23,842 nt of DNA from Polyangiaceae bacterium (GTDB lineage: Bacteria; Myxococcota_A; Polyangia; Polyangiales; Polyangiaceae), in contig JAPSGB010000058.1 in NCBI GenBank assembly GCA_035063585.1, positions 1 to 23,842 of the forward strand, in the 5' to 3' direction. The notes beneath the pieces were generated by a model, which made no database searches, was not told the DNA's origin, and saw only the letters and a program-made list of their open reading frames with translations. Both the position numbers and the translations under genes were made by a program. How positions within the stretch are numbered: the first letter of the stretch is position 1; each line of letters begins with the position of its first letter. Positions 8,619-17,281 of the stretch are shown here, one piece after another.

Positions 8619-9638
8619 GTGTCTCACGACGCCCCTCAGGCTCCGCCGAAGCCCCCGCCCCGCCCCCCCTCCCGCGCGATGAGCTCGGACCAGAAGGAGC
8701 AGCTCACGCTCCGCGCGCTCGGTCTGCTGAACGAGCAGGTGCAGGCCCGCATCGTCCACTACAAGGGGGATCTCGAGACCAACACCGAGCTCGACGCCAT
8801 CACCGCGCAGGTGGTGGCGCAGCTCAAGCAGATGCAGGAGGTGGCCGCCCAAGAGGCGCACATCGCGCACACCCCCGATGAGATCGAGCACCAGCAGGTC
8901 GCGACCATGACGCGCCTCCTGAAGCGGGCCTTCGCCGACACGGGCTCGCCGCTCAGCACGCCCATCATCAAGACGGTCGGCAAGCGGATCGCCAAGCTCT
9001 TCTTCGAGAGCGAGCTCCACGAGAAGACCAAGGGCGACAAGGAGCGCACGATTCATCACCCGGAGCAGGGCGTCTATTACGTGCTCGGCCGCTACAAGAA
9101 CCGCCTCCGCGCCGAGCTCGAGGGCTTCGAGTACGAAGGCGAAGCGGTGCGCGCCGCGACCCTCGAGCTGCTCGTCAAGATCGAGCGTGACCTCCAGGTC
9201 GCGTTCCTCTCCCGCCGCTCGCCCGAGCTGAACCGGGTGATGACCATCTTCACCGGCGTGCTCTTCGAGTTTCTGCAGCAGCACATCCCCCCGCGCGCCG
9301 AAGCGATGGCGCGCAACACCGTCCGCGCCGCGCGCACCGCGCGTCGCGCGAACAGCGTCGCCTACAAGGTGCAGGCCGACTGCTTCCCCGAATTTCGCGG
9401 CGAGTGGGAGCGGCTGCTCATGCAGATGATGGTCAACTTCTGCGGAGACGAGCTCCTCGCGCGCCTCACCAGCGACAGCGAGCACTTCCAGGAAGAGACG
9501 GTGCGGTTCTTCACCGATCCGCACATCTTCAGCGACACGGGCGAGGTCATCTGCGACGCGCTCTATGATTTCCTCTGTCTCGAGGGCTTCCTCGATCTCC
9601 CGGTCGACTGGCGCGTGCGGCTCGCGCGCGACTCGTGA
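8619..9638 (+). CDS. Hypothetical cytoplasmic, probably alpha-helical protein (339 aa)
   Basis: Strong G/C third-position bias and normal amino-acid composition; GTG start preceded by TATTCT. I do not recognise a family. Confidence 0.8.
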   Translation: MSHDAPQAPPKPPPRPPSRAMSSDQKEQLTLRALGLLNEQVQARIVHYKGDLETNTELDAITAQVVAQLKQMQEVAAQEAHIAHTPDEIEHQQVATMTRLLKRAFADTGSPLSTPIIKTVGKRIAKLFFESELHEKTKGDKERTIHHPEQGVYYVLGRYKNRLRAELEGFEYEGEAVRAATLELLVKIERDLQVAFLSRRSPELNRVMTIFTGVLFEFLQQHIPPRAEAMARNTVRAARTARRANSVAYKVQADCFPEFRGEWERLLMQMMVNFCGDELLARLTSDSEHFQEETVRFFTDPHIFSDTGEVICDALYDFLCLEGFLDLPVDWRVRLARDS

Positions 9639-9656
9639 GCCGCGTGCGAGCTCTGC

Positions 9657-10175
9657 GTGGATCGCCGCGTCGCGCTCGGAGTCATCGCCGGCGCGACCGC
9701 GCTCGGCGCCCTCGCCTATCTCTTTCGCACCCGTGAAGAGGACGTGCTCGCGCGCCGGCTCCGCGAGCTCGGCGAGGTCGCGGAGCTCCCCATCGCCGGC
9801 GAGTCCGCGAGCGGGCGCGCCGCCCGCGTGACGCGCGCGCTCGGCGAGCTCATCCTGCCCGACGCGGTGATCCGCGCGCCCGAGCTCTCCGGCGAGCGCC
9901 AGTCGCGCGCGGGGCTCGTCGCGCTGGCGGTCGAGCTCCCCGCCCTCGTCGAGACGGCGGAGCTCACCTTCGAGCACGTCGAGGTCCGCTTCGCCGAGCA
10001 TCGCGACGCCGCGCGCGTCCAGGCCGACGCCGTCCTCACCTTCACCGACGCGACGGGCGCCTACCGCGAGCGCCGACAGGTGGTGTGTCGGTTCGTCGCG
10101 GCCGGCGGCGCGTGGCGCGTCGCCGGCCTCGAGGTCGGCCCCGCCGAGGACCTGCCGCCCGAGGCTCGGCCATGA
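9657..10175 (+). CDS. Membrane-anchored hypothetical protein, possibly NTF2/SnoaL-like fold
   Basis: N-terminal hydrophobic helix, then beta-strand pattern ending GGAWRVAGLEV. Confidence 0.65.
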   Translation: MDRRVALGVIAGATALGALAYLFRTREEDVLARRLRELGEVAELPIAGESASGRAARVTRALGELILPDAVIRAPELSGERQSRAGLVALAVELPALVETAELTFEHVEVRFAEHRDAARVQADAVLTFTDATGAYRERRQVVCRFVAAGGAWRVAGLEVGPAEDLPPEARP

Positions 10176-10272
10176 GCCGACGCGCGGCGCGGCGATTCCT
10201 GCTCACGCCCCGAGCCGCGAAGGCGGGCGCACGAGGTGCGCGCGGCGCAGAATCCCGAGGCTCGCAGGTAGG

Positions 10273-10935
10273 TCACTCACAGGACAACCGGGTCTCACAC
10301 TTCCAGTGATCGCCAGAGTAGCTGCAGCGCCGATTGCCGTCGCAGTCCGCGTCCGAGGAGCACTCGTCGCGGCTGCTGTAGCAGTGGAAGCCGTCCGCGA
10401 GGCCGCATGGGTCATGGCTCAGCCCGCAGGCCCAGCCGCCGCAGTCAGCGGCGCTGGTGCAGGCGGCCGGGAGGCAACGGTTAGGACCTTGCGAAACTCC
10501 CGGGCCGAGGCGACGACCAGCGGTCAACGCCACGCCCGCGATGCAAACGCAAATGCTGCCAGCCTGGCAGTCCGAATCCAGCACGCAGTCGTGGGTGCAC
10601 GACTCGCCGTCCAACAGTCGACAGGATCGGTCCAGGTGCTTACACACCGGAACGCCGGCGAGCTCGTACCGCACGAAGTCCTGAGCGACGCCGTCGGAAA
10701 CCGCGCACGCCTTCAGCGTGGTGGGCGAGGTGGTGTCGACGCCGGACCGCGTGAAAGGGTAGAGCGGCGTCTCGCAGCGCGGCGGCTCCGCCGCGGGCGT
10801 GACGACGGACGGGCCGCCGGTGGTGTCCAGCGGGGTGCTCCCGCCGCCGCAGCCAGGCAGCGCCGCGACGCTCAGGGTGAGCATGCCCAGCCAGGCCGCC
10901 CGCGCGGGACGCCGCTGCGCGTCAGTGGTCGACAC
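10273..10935 (-). CDS. Cys-rich lipoprotein (220 aa)
   Basis: GTG 10935 after AAAGGGGG. Lipobox LPGC and CxxDxDC repeats. The upstream part of the listed 11223 ORF is shadow. Confidence 0.72.
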   Translation of the reverse strand: MSTTDAQRRPARAAWLGMLTLSVAALPGCGGGSTPLDTTGGPSVVTPAAEPPRCETPLYPFTRSGVDTTSPTTLKACAVSDGVAQDFVRYELAGVPVCKHLDRSCRLLDGESCTHDCVLDSDCQAGSICVCIAGVALTAGRRLGPGVSQGPNRCLPAACTSAADCGGWACGLSHDPCGLADGFHCYSSRDECSSDADCDGNRRCSYSGDHWKCETRLSCE

Positions 10936-10957
10936 CGTTCGCCCCCTTTCCAGAATC

Positions 10958-11445
10958 TCAGTTGGTGTCGAGCGCGCCGCCTTGGAGCTGCACCGCGTCC
11001 GACCCGACCGACGCGCCCTCCGCGTCCATGAGCTCGAAGGCCACCGTGGCGACGTGCCCCGCGCCGGCGCGGTCGTCGACGAGCGCGGCCAGCGGGATCT
11101 GGACGGTGCGCGAGCCGGCGGGACCGACGGACCAGATCGGCGAGAGCGCGACCTTCGCTTCTCGATCGGCGTCCAGGATGAACGCCGCCAACTCGACGTC
11201 CGAGGGCGCGCGCGAGCCGTCAAGCTGCGCGGGCACGCTCAGCCAGCCTCGCTCGAGCGAGAAGGCCTCGCGTGGGCCGAAGTTCCCTATCGTGGCGGGG
11301 GGGGCGATTGCAAACCCACGCTGCGCCGCCCGTCTCCAAGCGCTGCGCGCCTTCGGTCGTCGCCCCGTCGAGCGGCGCGGGCACCGCGCTGCACCCCACG
11401 ACGTCGCCGAGGGCGAGGGCCCCGATTCTGCGATAGGTGCTCTGC
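10958..11445 (-). pseudogene. Frameshifted lipoprotein gene (copy A), break at the G8 tract 11297-11304
   Basis: One frame gives STYRRIGALALGDVVGC...WVCNRP after an AGGAGG but with no ATG. The adjacent frame continues PATIGNFGPREAF...GALDTN*. Both halves have high GC3, and removing one base of the G8 tract joins them. Confidence 0.55.
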
Positions 11446-11896
11446 CTCCTCTAGCTCCCCCGTCGGCCCCTCCCCAGCAAGTAGCACCGGCCAGCGCGTA
11501 CGTCCAGGCGGCCGGGCGGTCATTGCAGGGCCCACCGGTGTCCGTACGGCGTGAGACAGCGCCCCACTAGAAGGTAGGTACCGATGGGCGGAGAATGGAT
11601 CCGGGATCATACCGAAGCCCGCATCTCTTCCCGAGCAGGCGTTCAGCCCCGCGAGCGAGCACCGAGAGCGCGCTCGCGGCGTGAGCGGCGCCGCAGACGA
11701 GACCGTCCGGAAGCAGCCGTGCTCCTCGGCCTGACGCTCGCCGCTGTGGCAGCGCGACGTAGGCGATCGGGTGCTGTCATCTTCGCCGTCGATGGGCCGC
11801 TTCCTGAGGCAAGTGCAGGGAACGCTCGGGCTGACACGCCAGGCGTCCAGCGGGCTCGCGAGCTCGAGCCCAGGGAGCCGCTGCCTTCGCGTCGCG

Positions 11897-11925
11897 TTGA
11901 AATGATCGCCCCAGAGTGCTACGCG
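11897..11925 (+). promoter_or_regulatory. Sigma70-type promoter directly upstream of ATG 11932
   Basis: TTGAAA, 17-nt spacer ending TGC, TACGCG, 6 nt, ATG. Confidence 0.5.
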
Positions 11926-11931
11926 GCGCAC

Positions 11932-13143
11932 ATGAACACACCGTGGCGCTTGCCTTGGCTCGCGGCGCTCATGGTGGCGTGCGGCGGCTCGGGTACGAGC
12001 GGGATGGCCGGCGGCGGCGCTTCGGGCACCGACGGCGGGGGCGGGACCGGCGCCGGCACTGCCGACGGCGGAGGCGGCGATGGGGCAACACCGAGCGATG
12101 GCTCGACCACCGACGCCGGGGGCCCGACGGCGCACTGCAGCGCGTACATCGCGTGCACCGCAGCGACCACTCCAGCCGGCCTCGGCGCGGTGATCGCCAC
12201 CTACGGGAACGATGGCACCTGCTACGCCGCCGCCGAGGCCAGCCTGTGTGACGACGCGTGCAAGACCGGGCTGGTGGCGGCGCATCGCGCTTTTCCGTCG
12301 GTCGGTGCCTGTAACTATTGTGCGACGTCAGCCGACTGTCCCGCCGCGCTGCCGGCCTGTGACGTCTCGGTGGAGACCTGCGTCGGCTGCGTCACGAGCG
12401 CCGATTGTCACGACGCCGACCTGCCCGTGTGCGACGCGGCCGAGCAGCGCTGCGTCCGATGCCTGGAGGACTCCGACTGCACGTCGGGAGATGGCCGCGC
12501 CTGCGCGCCTGGCGGAGACCGCTGCGTCGAGTGCACCAAGGACGAGCACTGCGCGTCGCCGACGCCGCGCTGTGATCTGACGAGCAATGCCTGTGTCGGA
12601 TGCATGCTCGACGCGGACTGCGCGAGCTCGCCGAGCGGCCACAAGTGTCTCCCGCTCCTCAAGCGCTGCGGCTGCGGGCCGCTCGGTGGCGGATGCAACG
12701 CGGGCCAACTCTGCGAGGGTGGACAGTGCTGCACCCCCGATTGCGCCGGTCGGCAGTGCGGCAAGTCGAACAGCCTGGGATGCGGCGGCGACGACCAGTA
12801 CGCCTGCGGCAGTTGCCCCGGCGGCGGGACCTGCACCTCGAGCGGGAGCTGCAATGATCTCGGCGCGACGTGTACGCCCGCCACGAGCCAGTGCTATGCT
12901 GGAGAGGCCTGCCGGTTCCTGCCGTCGAAGCAGGGCTACGTGTGTCTCGTCGACGCGTCCGGGGACGCCTGCTCGAACCAGTACCAGTGCGCGGTGACCG
13001 CGCGGGTGTCGGACTCCTTCGAGTGCCGCGCGGGGACCTGTCGAGCGTTCTGCCTCACGCCAGCCGACTGCGCGAGCGGGAAGTGCGAAGCCGGCGCGGT
13101 GCCAATCTCGCCCTCGTCGCCGGGCGTCTGCAGCGCACCTTGA
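11932..13143 (+). CDS. Cys-rich repeat lipoprotein (403 aa)
   Basis: MNTPWRLPWLAALMVAC lipobox, Gly/Thr linker, then tandem CVxCxxxxDCxxxxPxCD repeats. Confidence 0.85.
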   Translation: MNTPWRLPWLAALMVACGGSGTSGMAGGGASGTDGGGGTGAGTADGGGGDGATPSDGSTTDAGGPTAHCSAYIACTAATTPAGLGAVIATYGNDGTCYAAAEASLCDDACKTGLVAAHRAFPSVGACNYCATSADCPAALPACDVSVETCVGCVTSADCHDADLPVCDAAEQRCVRCLEDSDCTSGDGRACAPGGDRCVECTKDEHCASPTPRCDLTSNACVGCMLDADCASSPSGHKCLPLLKRCGCGPLGGGCNAGQLCEGGQCCTPDCAGRQCGKSNSLGCGGDDQYACGSCPGGGTCTSSGSCNDLGATCTPATSQCYAGEACRFLPSKQGYVCLVDASGDACSNQYQCAVTARVSDSFECRAGTCRAFCLTPADCASGKCEAGAVPISPSSPGVCSAP

Positions 13144-13327
13144 GGCGACGCGGCTCGTGCGTGCGGGGTCGCGCCGACCGAGCGGACCGCCTGGCCGCGG
13201 ATCTCCATGACACAAGTCGCCAGGTCCGCCGCCGCTGGCCCTGAGGTCGCGGCTAACCACCGCACCACCTGGCGCAGACACACCGTCGTGAGCGCCATCG
13301 GCGCTGCCGCGCTGGCCCCGGCCGCGC

Positions 13328-13479
13328 TCGTCGACGAGAGCGGTCAACGCGACGTGAAGAGTTCGCGAGCCTGACGGACCCGTAGACCAAATCGGCGAGC
13401 GCGCGACTTCCTCTTCTCGATCCGCGTCCAGGATGAACGCCTCCGACTCGACGTCCAATGGCGCGCGCGCGCCGTCGAG
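13328..13479 (-). pseudogene. Second decayed copy (copy B) of the 10958-11445 gene
   Basis: Ungapped ~150-bp match to 11073-11224, about 80% identity by hand count. LDGARAPLDVESEAFILDADREEEVARSPIWSTGPSGSRT versus LDGSRAPSDVELAAFILDADREAKVALSPIWSVGPAGSRT. Confidence 0.75.
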
Positions 13480-13531
13480 TAGCGTGTGGTTGCGCCGTGT
13501 CAGTGGGCGAGCAGGGTGCAGCGCCATCGAG

Positions 13532-13870
13532 CCATATTCGGATGGGCTTCGCGCAGCCGTGACGCGCAGGATGCTGGGGCCGAACTCCATGACGGTGACG
13601 ACACCGGCCAACGAGGTCGGTGTTCCGCAGCCTGCTTTGGCGCGATGGTTGCGTATTGCAGGCACTGTCCCGGCCATGAGCAAGCAGCCGAGCTCACGCG
13701 TGAAGCGGTGGGCGCCGACTGGAGAAGCTCCGCGTGGTCGTCGTTGCTCAGCACGCCGAGGGTGAGCAACTGGAAGCGCTGCTGCCACGGCCGAAGCGGA
13801 GCACGAGCGGAAGCGCCTCGAGCTGCGACGCGAGAGCGCGCGCCCGGGCCGAGGCCACTGCGCGGCAGCG
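13532..13870 (+). mobile_element. Degenerate IS3-family transposase OrfA (HTH) remnant
   Basis: PYSDGLRAAVTRRMLGPNSMTVTTPANEVGVPQPALARWLR (HTH), then across frameshifts EKLRVVVVA..EGEQLEALL and ELRR..AEATA, resembling the OrfA motifs EEKLRVV and ELRRKEKALAEAAA. No OrfB integrase is seen. Confidence 0.65.
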
Positions 13871-14010
13871 TGGTGCAGACTGAGGCGCGGGTGCCGCTCG
13901 AGCTCGGCAGGTGAGCACGTGCGCTGGCGTGTCGATTCGCCCTGGCGAGCGCGCCGCGCGCCAGCTATCAAAGGATCCATGACGCATCGGCGTCGCGGAG
14001 GCGAGGGAGC

Positions 14011-17000
14011 ATGGTGATATCGAGGACGCTGTGGCTCCTCGCGGCGGCGGGCACGCTGGCGGTGGGGCTCGCCGCGGCCTGCGGCGGCGACCACGACGGC
14101 GGCAGCGCGCGCTGCCCGGGCGCGAGCGCCTGCACGGGCGGGGCGGCCGGCGCGAGCGGCGCCGACGGCGGCGCCGAGGCGGCCGGCGCGAGCGGGGCCG
14201 ACGGCGGGGGCGCTCAGGCGATCTTCGACGTCTGGCGCGACGCGCGGCAGGCGCTCCGGCAGAGCCCTGACCACCTCATCGGCCAGGCCGACGCGCTGGT
14301 GGCGGCCAAGGATCCAGCCAAGCTCTTCGAGTTCGTTCGCGATCAGATCGTCACCTACCCGCCCTCCGACGACAGCATGTATGGCATGGCGAGCGCCATG
14401 CGCTGGGGCGTCCGGGCAACGCTGCGCGGCGGAGCGGGGACGCCGCGCGAGAAGGCCGAGCTCTTGCGGGAACTCTACGAGCGCGCCGGGCTAGAGGCCG
14501 AGGTGGTCGCGGGCCCGCTCGACCCGGCGAAGGCCGACGGCCAGGCGATCCTGCTGCGCGCGGTGGCGCGCACCTTCGCGCCGAGCGCGGACGCGCCAAC
14601 GCGGCAGAGCTGGCTCGACACGCTGAAGAAGAGCGCTCCGGCGCACGGCAGCGCGCTCGACCCGGACCTGACCGAGACCCAGGTGCTCGCTGCCTCGATC
14701 GGCGCGCTCGTCACCAGCGCGGCTGGCGGCTTCGACTTCACGGTCGCCGACATCCCGCTGGTGCGCGTGATGGTGGGCGGCGCGTGGAAATACGCGAGCC
14801 CCGTGGTGCCGGGCGCGGCCTTCGGTGACTCGACGACCACCGCCGAGCCGGGCCCCGCCGGCGCACCGGACGCGCCACCGCAGATCGAGGTCACGGTCGA
14901 GGGCTCACGCTCCGACGCGCCCTACGACCGCTTCCCGCTGATCTCGGCCACCTACGACGCCGACCAGGTTGCCGGGCGCCGCATCAACCTCCAGTTCTCG
15001 CCCGGCGTCGCCCACGACTCGCTGCCGCAGACGCGCTTCGACGACGTCCAGAGCTTCATCCCCGTGCTCAGCGTCAGCGGCGCCGACGTGACCGACGCAG
15101 AGCGCGATCTGCTCGCGCACCTGGGCCCTTCGGTCACGCTGGGCGGGGACGTGATCGACGTCGCGCCGAACGGCGACGTGACGGTCGGCGGGGTGCCGCT
15201 CGGCCAGGGCGCGAGCGACGCGGCAGCGCTCGCCCGCGCGCAGAGCCTGACACTCGGGGTACGCGGCGACGCCTTTCGTCGCATCGACCTGCGCGTGGCC
15301 GCGCTCGACGCGGGCGGCAAGAACGTCGCAGGGCTGCGCGCCGATGCCTTCCGCGTGCTCGAGGACGGTCAGCCGGTCGCGGCGACCCTGACCCAGAACC
15401 CGGCCGGTCCTCCGCGCATCCTCCTCATCGCCGACACCTCCGCCAGCCTGCCGCCCGAGTACCTGGGCGCGGGCGCCGCGGATTTCGGCACGCAGGTCAT
15501 CATGCCCCTCTACGCGGCCTTTCCGAACGCCGAGGTGCGCGTCGCCACCATCAATTTTGGGGTGAGCTTCGCGCCGGGCGGTTGGGCCACGAGCCTGGCC
15601 GACGCCCAGGCGGAGGTGGCCTGGCTGGCCTCCCAGGCGGGCGGCTCGGAGATCTACCAGGCCGCGGCCGACGCGGAGACCGAGCAGCCGACCGCGATCA
15701 TCATGTACACCGATGGCGTCCCGACCGACGCGCTCACGCCCGAGTTCTCCGCCAAGCTCGCCGGCGGCGCGCCGGTGCTCGGGATCGGGATCGGCGCGGC
15801 GCCGGCGATGCAGAGCCTCCAGGCCATCGCCAAGCTCTCGGGCGGGCTGGCGACCACCGCCGCGGACAAGAGCGCGGCCATCGCGGCCGCCAACGGCTTC
15901 ATCGCTGCCCGCGCGCTCGACGACTACCTGATCAGCTACCGCGCGCCGCAGGCCGGCGCCGCGACGCGACAGGTGAAGGTGGAGCTCGACGGCGGCCGGG
16001 TCACCGCGACGGGCAGCTACGACGTTCCGGCGACGCCCGCACCGGTGCGCGCCCTCTCCAGCATCGTCCTCACGCTCCGCGTGGGCGATCGCGAGACGAC
16101 GCGCACACTGGCCGGCTTCGAGCGCTCCTTCACGACCGCCTACACCGAGATCCCGCAAGCCGCCCTGGACGACGTACGCGCGCTCCTCTTTGGGCGCGTG
16201 ACCTTCGAGGTCGAGGGTGCGGGCGTGACCCCTTCGGAGTGGCTCGACGACTGGCTGGGCGAGCGGCTCACGCTGGAGCCGGCCTACGACGCGCTCCTCG
16301 CCAACGACGACGCGGCCATCCAGGCCGCCGCCAAGCGCGGCTTCGACCTCACACCAGCCAAGCTCTTCGCCATGTCCGCGCCGCTGCCGGGCGCCGCCGC
16401 GGCCGACGCGCTCACCTTCGAGCACGGGCCGCGCGTCGCCGCGCTGGTGCAGAAGGTCCGCTTCGGCGAGGGGCTCGAGCGGCAGATGGATGTGTTCTCG
16501 AACGGCGTCTGGCACACCGCCGCCGCCGACCCGTCCGCCGCGTTCCGGCGCTCCTTGGCGCGCACCGCGTACGTGGCCAGCGCGGAGGCCTCGCTCTACC
16601 CCGTCAGCACGCGGTCGCTGCTCGCCTCGACGCCGCTCGCCGCCTTCGTGCCGGGCTCGGTCCAGTCCCTCCCGGAGCTGGACCCCGAAGCCTCACGGCG
16701 CTGGAGCGTGCTCGAGGCTCCCTTCTCGCCCGCGGAGTACTCGCTGGTCGCGCCGGCCGCTGGCGCGCCCTTCGCGTTCTGGGCCGTCCACACGCCCAGC
16801 GGCAGCCTGATCGGCGTGATGCCGGACGGCTCGGGCGGCGCGATCGAAGAGGAAGCCAACGCCAACCTCGACGCCACCAATCACGTGCTGGATCTCATCG
16901 GCGACATCGGCACGCTGGCCGGCGCCGACGTCGGCTTCTGGGTCAAGCTGGAGCAGACCAAGGCCGCCAAGCTCACCGCCGCGACCATCATCATCGCCGG

Positions 17001-17196
17001 CGGGCAAGCCAGCATCGGCGACTGGGCGGGCGATCTCGGCAGTGGCCTCTGCGACGCGGCGTCGGACGGTCTCAGCGGGGCGATCCCCGGCCTGGACGCC
17101 TACGCGAACCTCCAGGAGGCGGTCAGCCAGGGCAGCTTCTGGTCGGGCCTCGGCGAGGTGAACCTCCCCGACGTGACCTCGGGGATCTGTCCCTAG
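14011..17196 (+). CDS. Large lipoprotein: transglutaminase-like domain, VWA domain and uncharacterised C-terminus
   Basis: Lipobox AAAC. LFEFVRDQI..GVRATLRGGAGTPREKAELLRELYERAG is TGase-like. AFRVLEDG..ILLIADTSAS (DxSxS MIDAS) and IIMYTDG indicate VWA. Confidence 0.8.
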   Translation: MVISRTLWLLAAAGTLAVGLAAACGGDHDGGSARCPGASACTGGAAGASGADGGAEAAGASGADGGGAQAIFDVWRDARQALRQSPDHLIGQADALVAAKDPAKLFEFVRDQIVTYPPSDDSMYGMASAMRWGVRATLRGGAGTPREKAELLRELYERAGLEAEVVAGPLDPAKADGQAILLRAVARTFAPSADAPTRQSWLDTLKKSAPAHGSALDPDLTETQVLAASIGALVTSAAGGFDFTVADIPLVRVMVGGAWKYASPVVPGAAFGDSTTTAEPGPAGAPDAPPQIEVTVEGSRSDAPYDRFPLISATYDADQVAGRRINLQFSPGVAHDSLPQTRFDDVQSFIPVLSVSGADVTDAERDLLAHLGPSVTLGGDVIDVAPNGDVTVGGVPLGQGASDAAALARAQSLTLGVRGDAFRRIDLRVAALDAGGKNVAGLRADAFRVLEDGQPVAATLTQNPAGPPRILLIADTSASLPPEYLGAGAADFGTQVIMPLYAAFPNAEVRVATINFGVSFAPGGWATSLADAQAEVAWLASQAGGSEIYQAAADAETEQPTAIIMYTDGVPTDALTPEFSAKLAGGAPVLGIGIGAAPAMQSLQAIAKLSGGLATTAADKSAAIAAANGFIAARALDDYLISYRAPQAGAATRQVKVELDGGRVTATGSYDVPATPAPVRALSSIVLTLRVGDRETTRTLAGFERSFTTAYTEIPQAALDDVRALLFGRVTFEVEGAGVTPSEWLDDWLGERLTLEPAYDALLANDDAAIQAAAKRGFDLTPAKLFAMSAPLPGAAAADALTFEHGPRVAALVQKVRFGEGLERQMDVFSNGVWHTAAADPSAAFRRSLARTAYVASAEASLYPVSTRSLLASTPLAAFVPGSVQSLPELDPEASRRWSVLEAPFSPAEYSLVAPAAGAPFAFWAVHTPSGSLIGVMPDGSGGAIEEEANANLDATNHVLDLIGDIGTLAGADVGFWVKLEQTKAAKLTAATIIIAGGQASIGDWAGDLGSGLCDAASDGLSGAIPGLDAYANLQEAVSQGSFWSGLGEVNLPDVTSGICP

Positions 17197-17206
17197 CCCC
17201 GGGGGT

Positions 17207-17226
17207 GGGGTGCCGGTCCGGCGCGG
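17207..17226 (+). repeat. Dispersed intergenic motif, copy 2 (partial, GGGGTGCCGGTCCGGCGCGG)
   Basis: 19/20 match to the minus-strand copy at 18142-18161; 10 nt after TAG 17196. Confidence 0.62.
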
Positions 17227-17281
17227 AATCGCGCGAGGCGGCGCCGGGCGCCTTCCCCGAGCGGCGCGCGCGCCGCTGACG

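Noticed and set aside
11932..13143. traA call
   Set aside because: No PA14-like domain, no MYXO-CTERM and no adjacent traB/OmpA gene.
12328..14274. 648-aa minus-strand ORF as a real gene
   Set aside because: It is mostly antisense to two lipoprotein genes and the IS remnant; only 13328-13479 carries real (pseudogene) coding signal.
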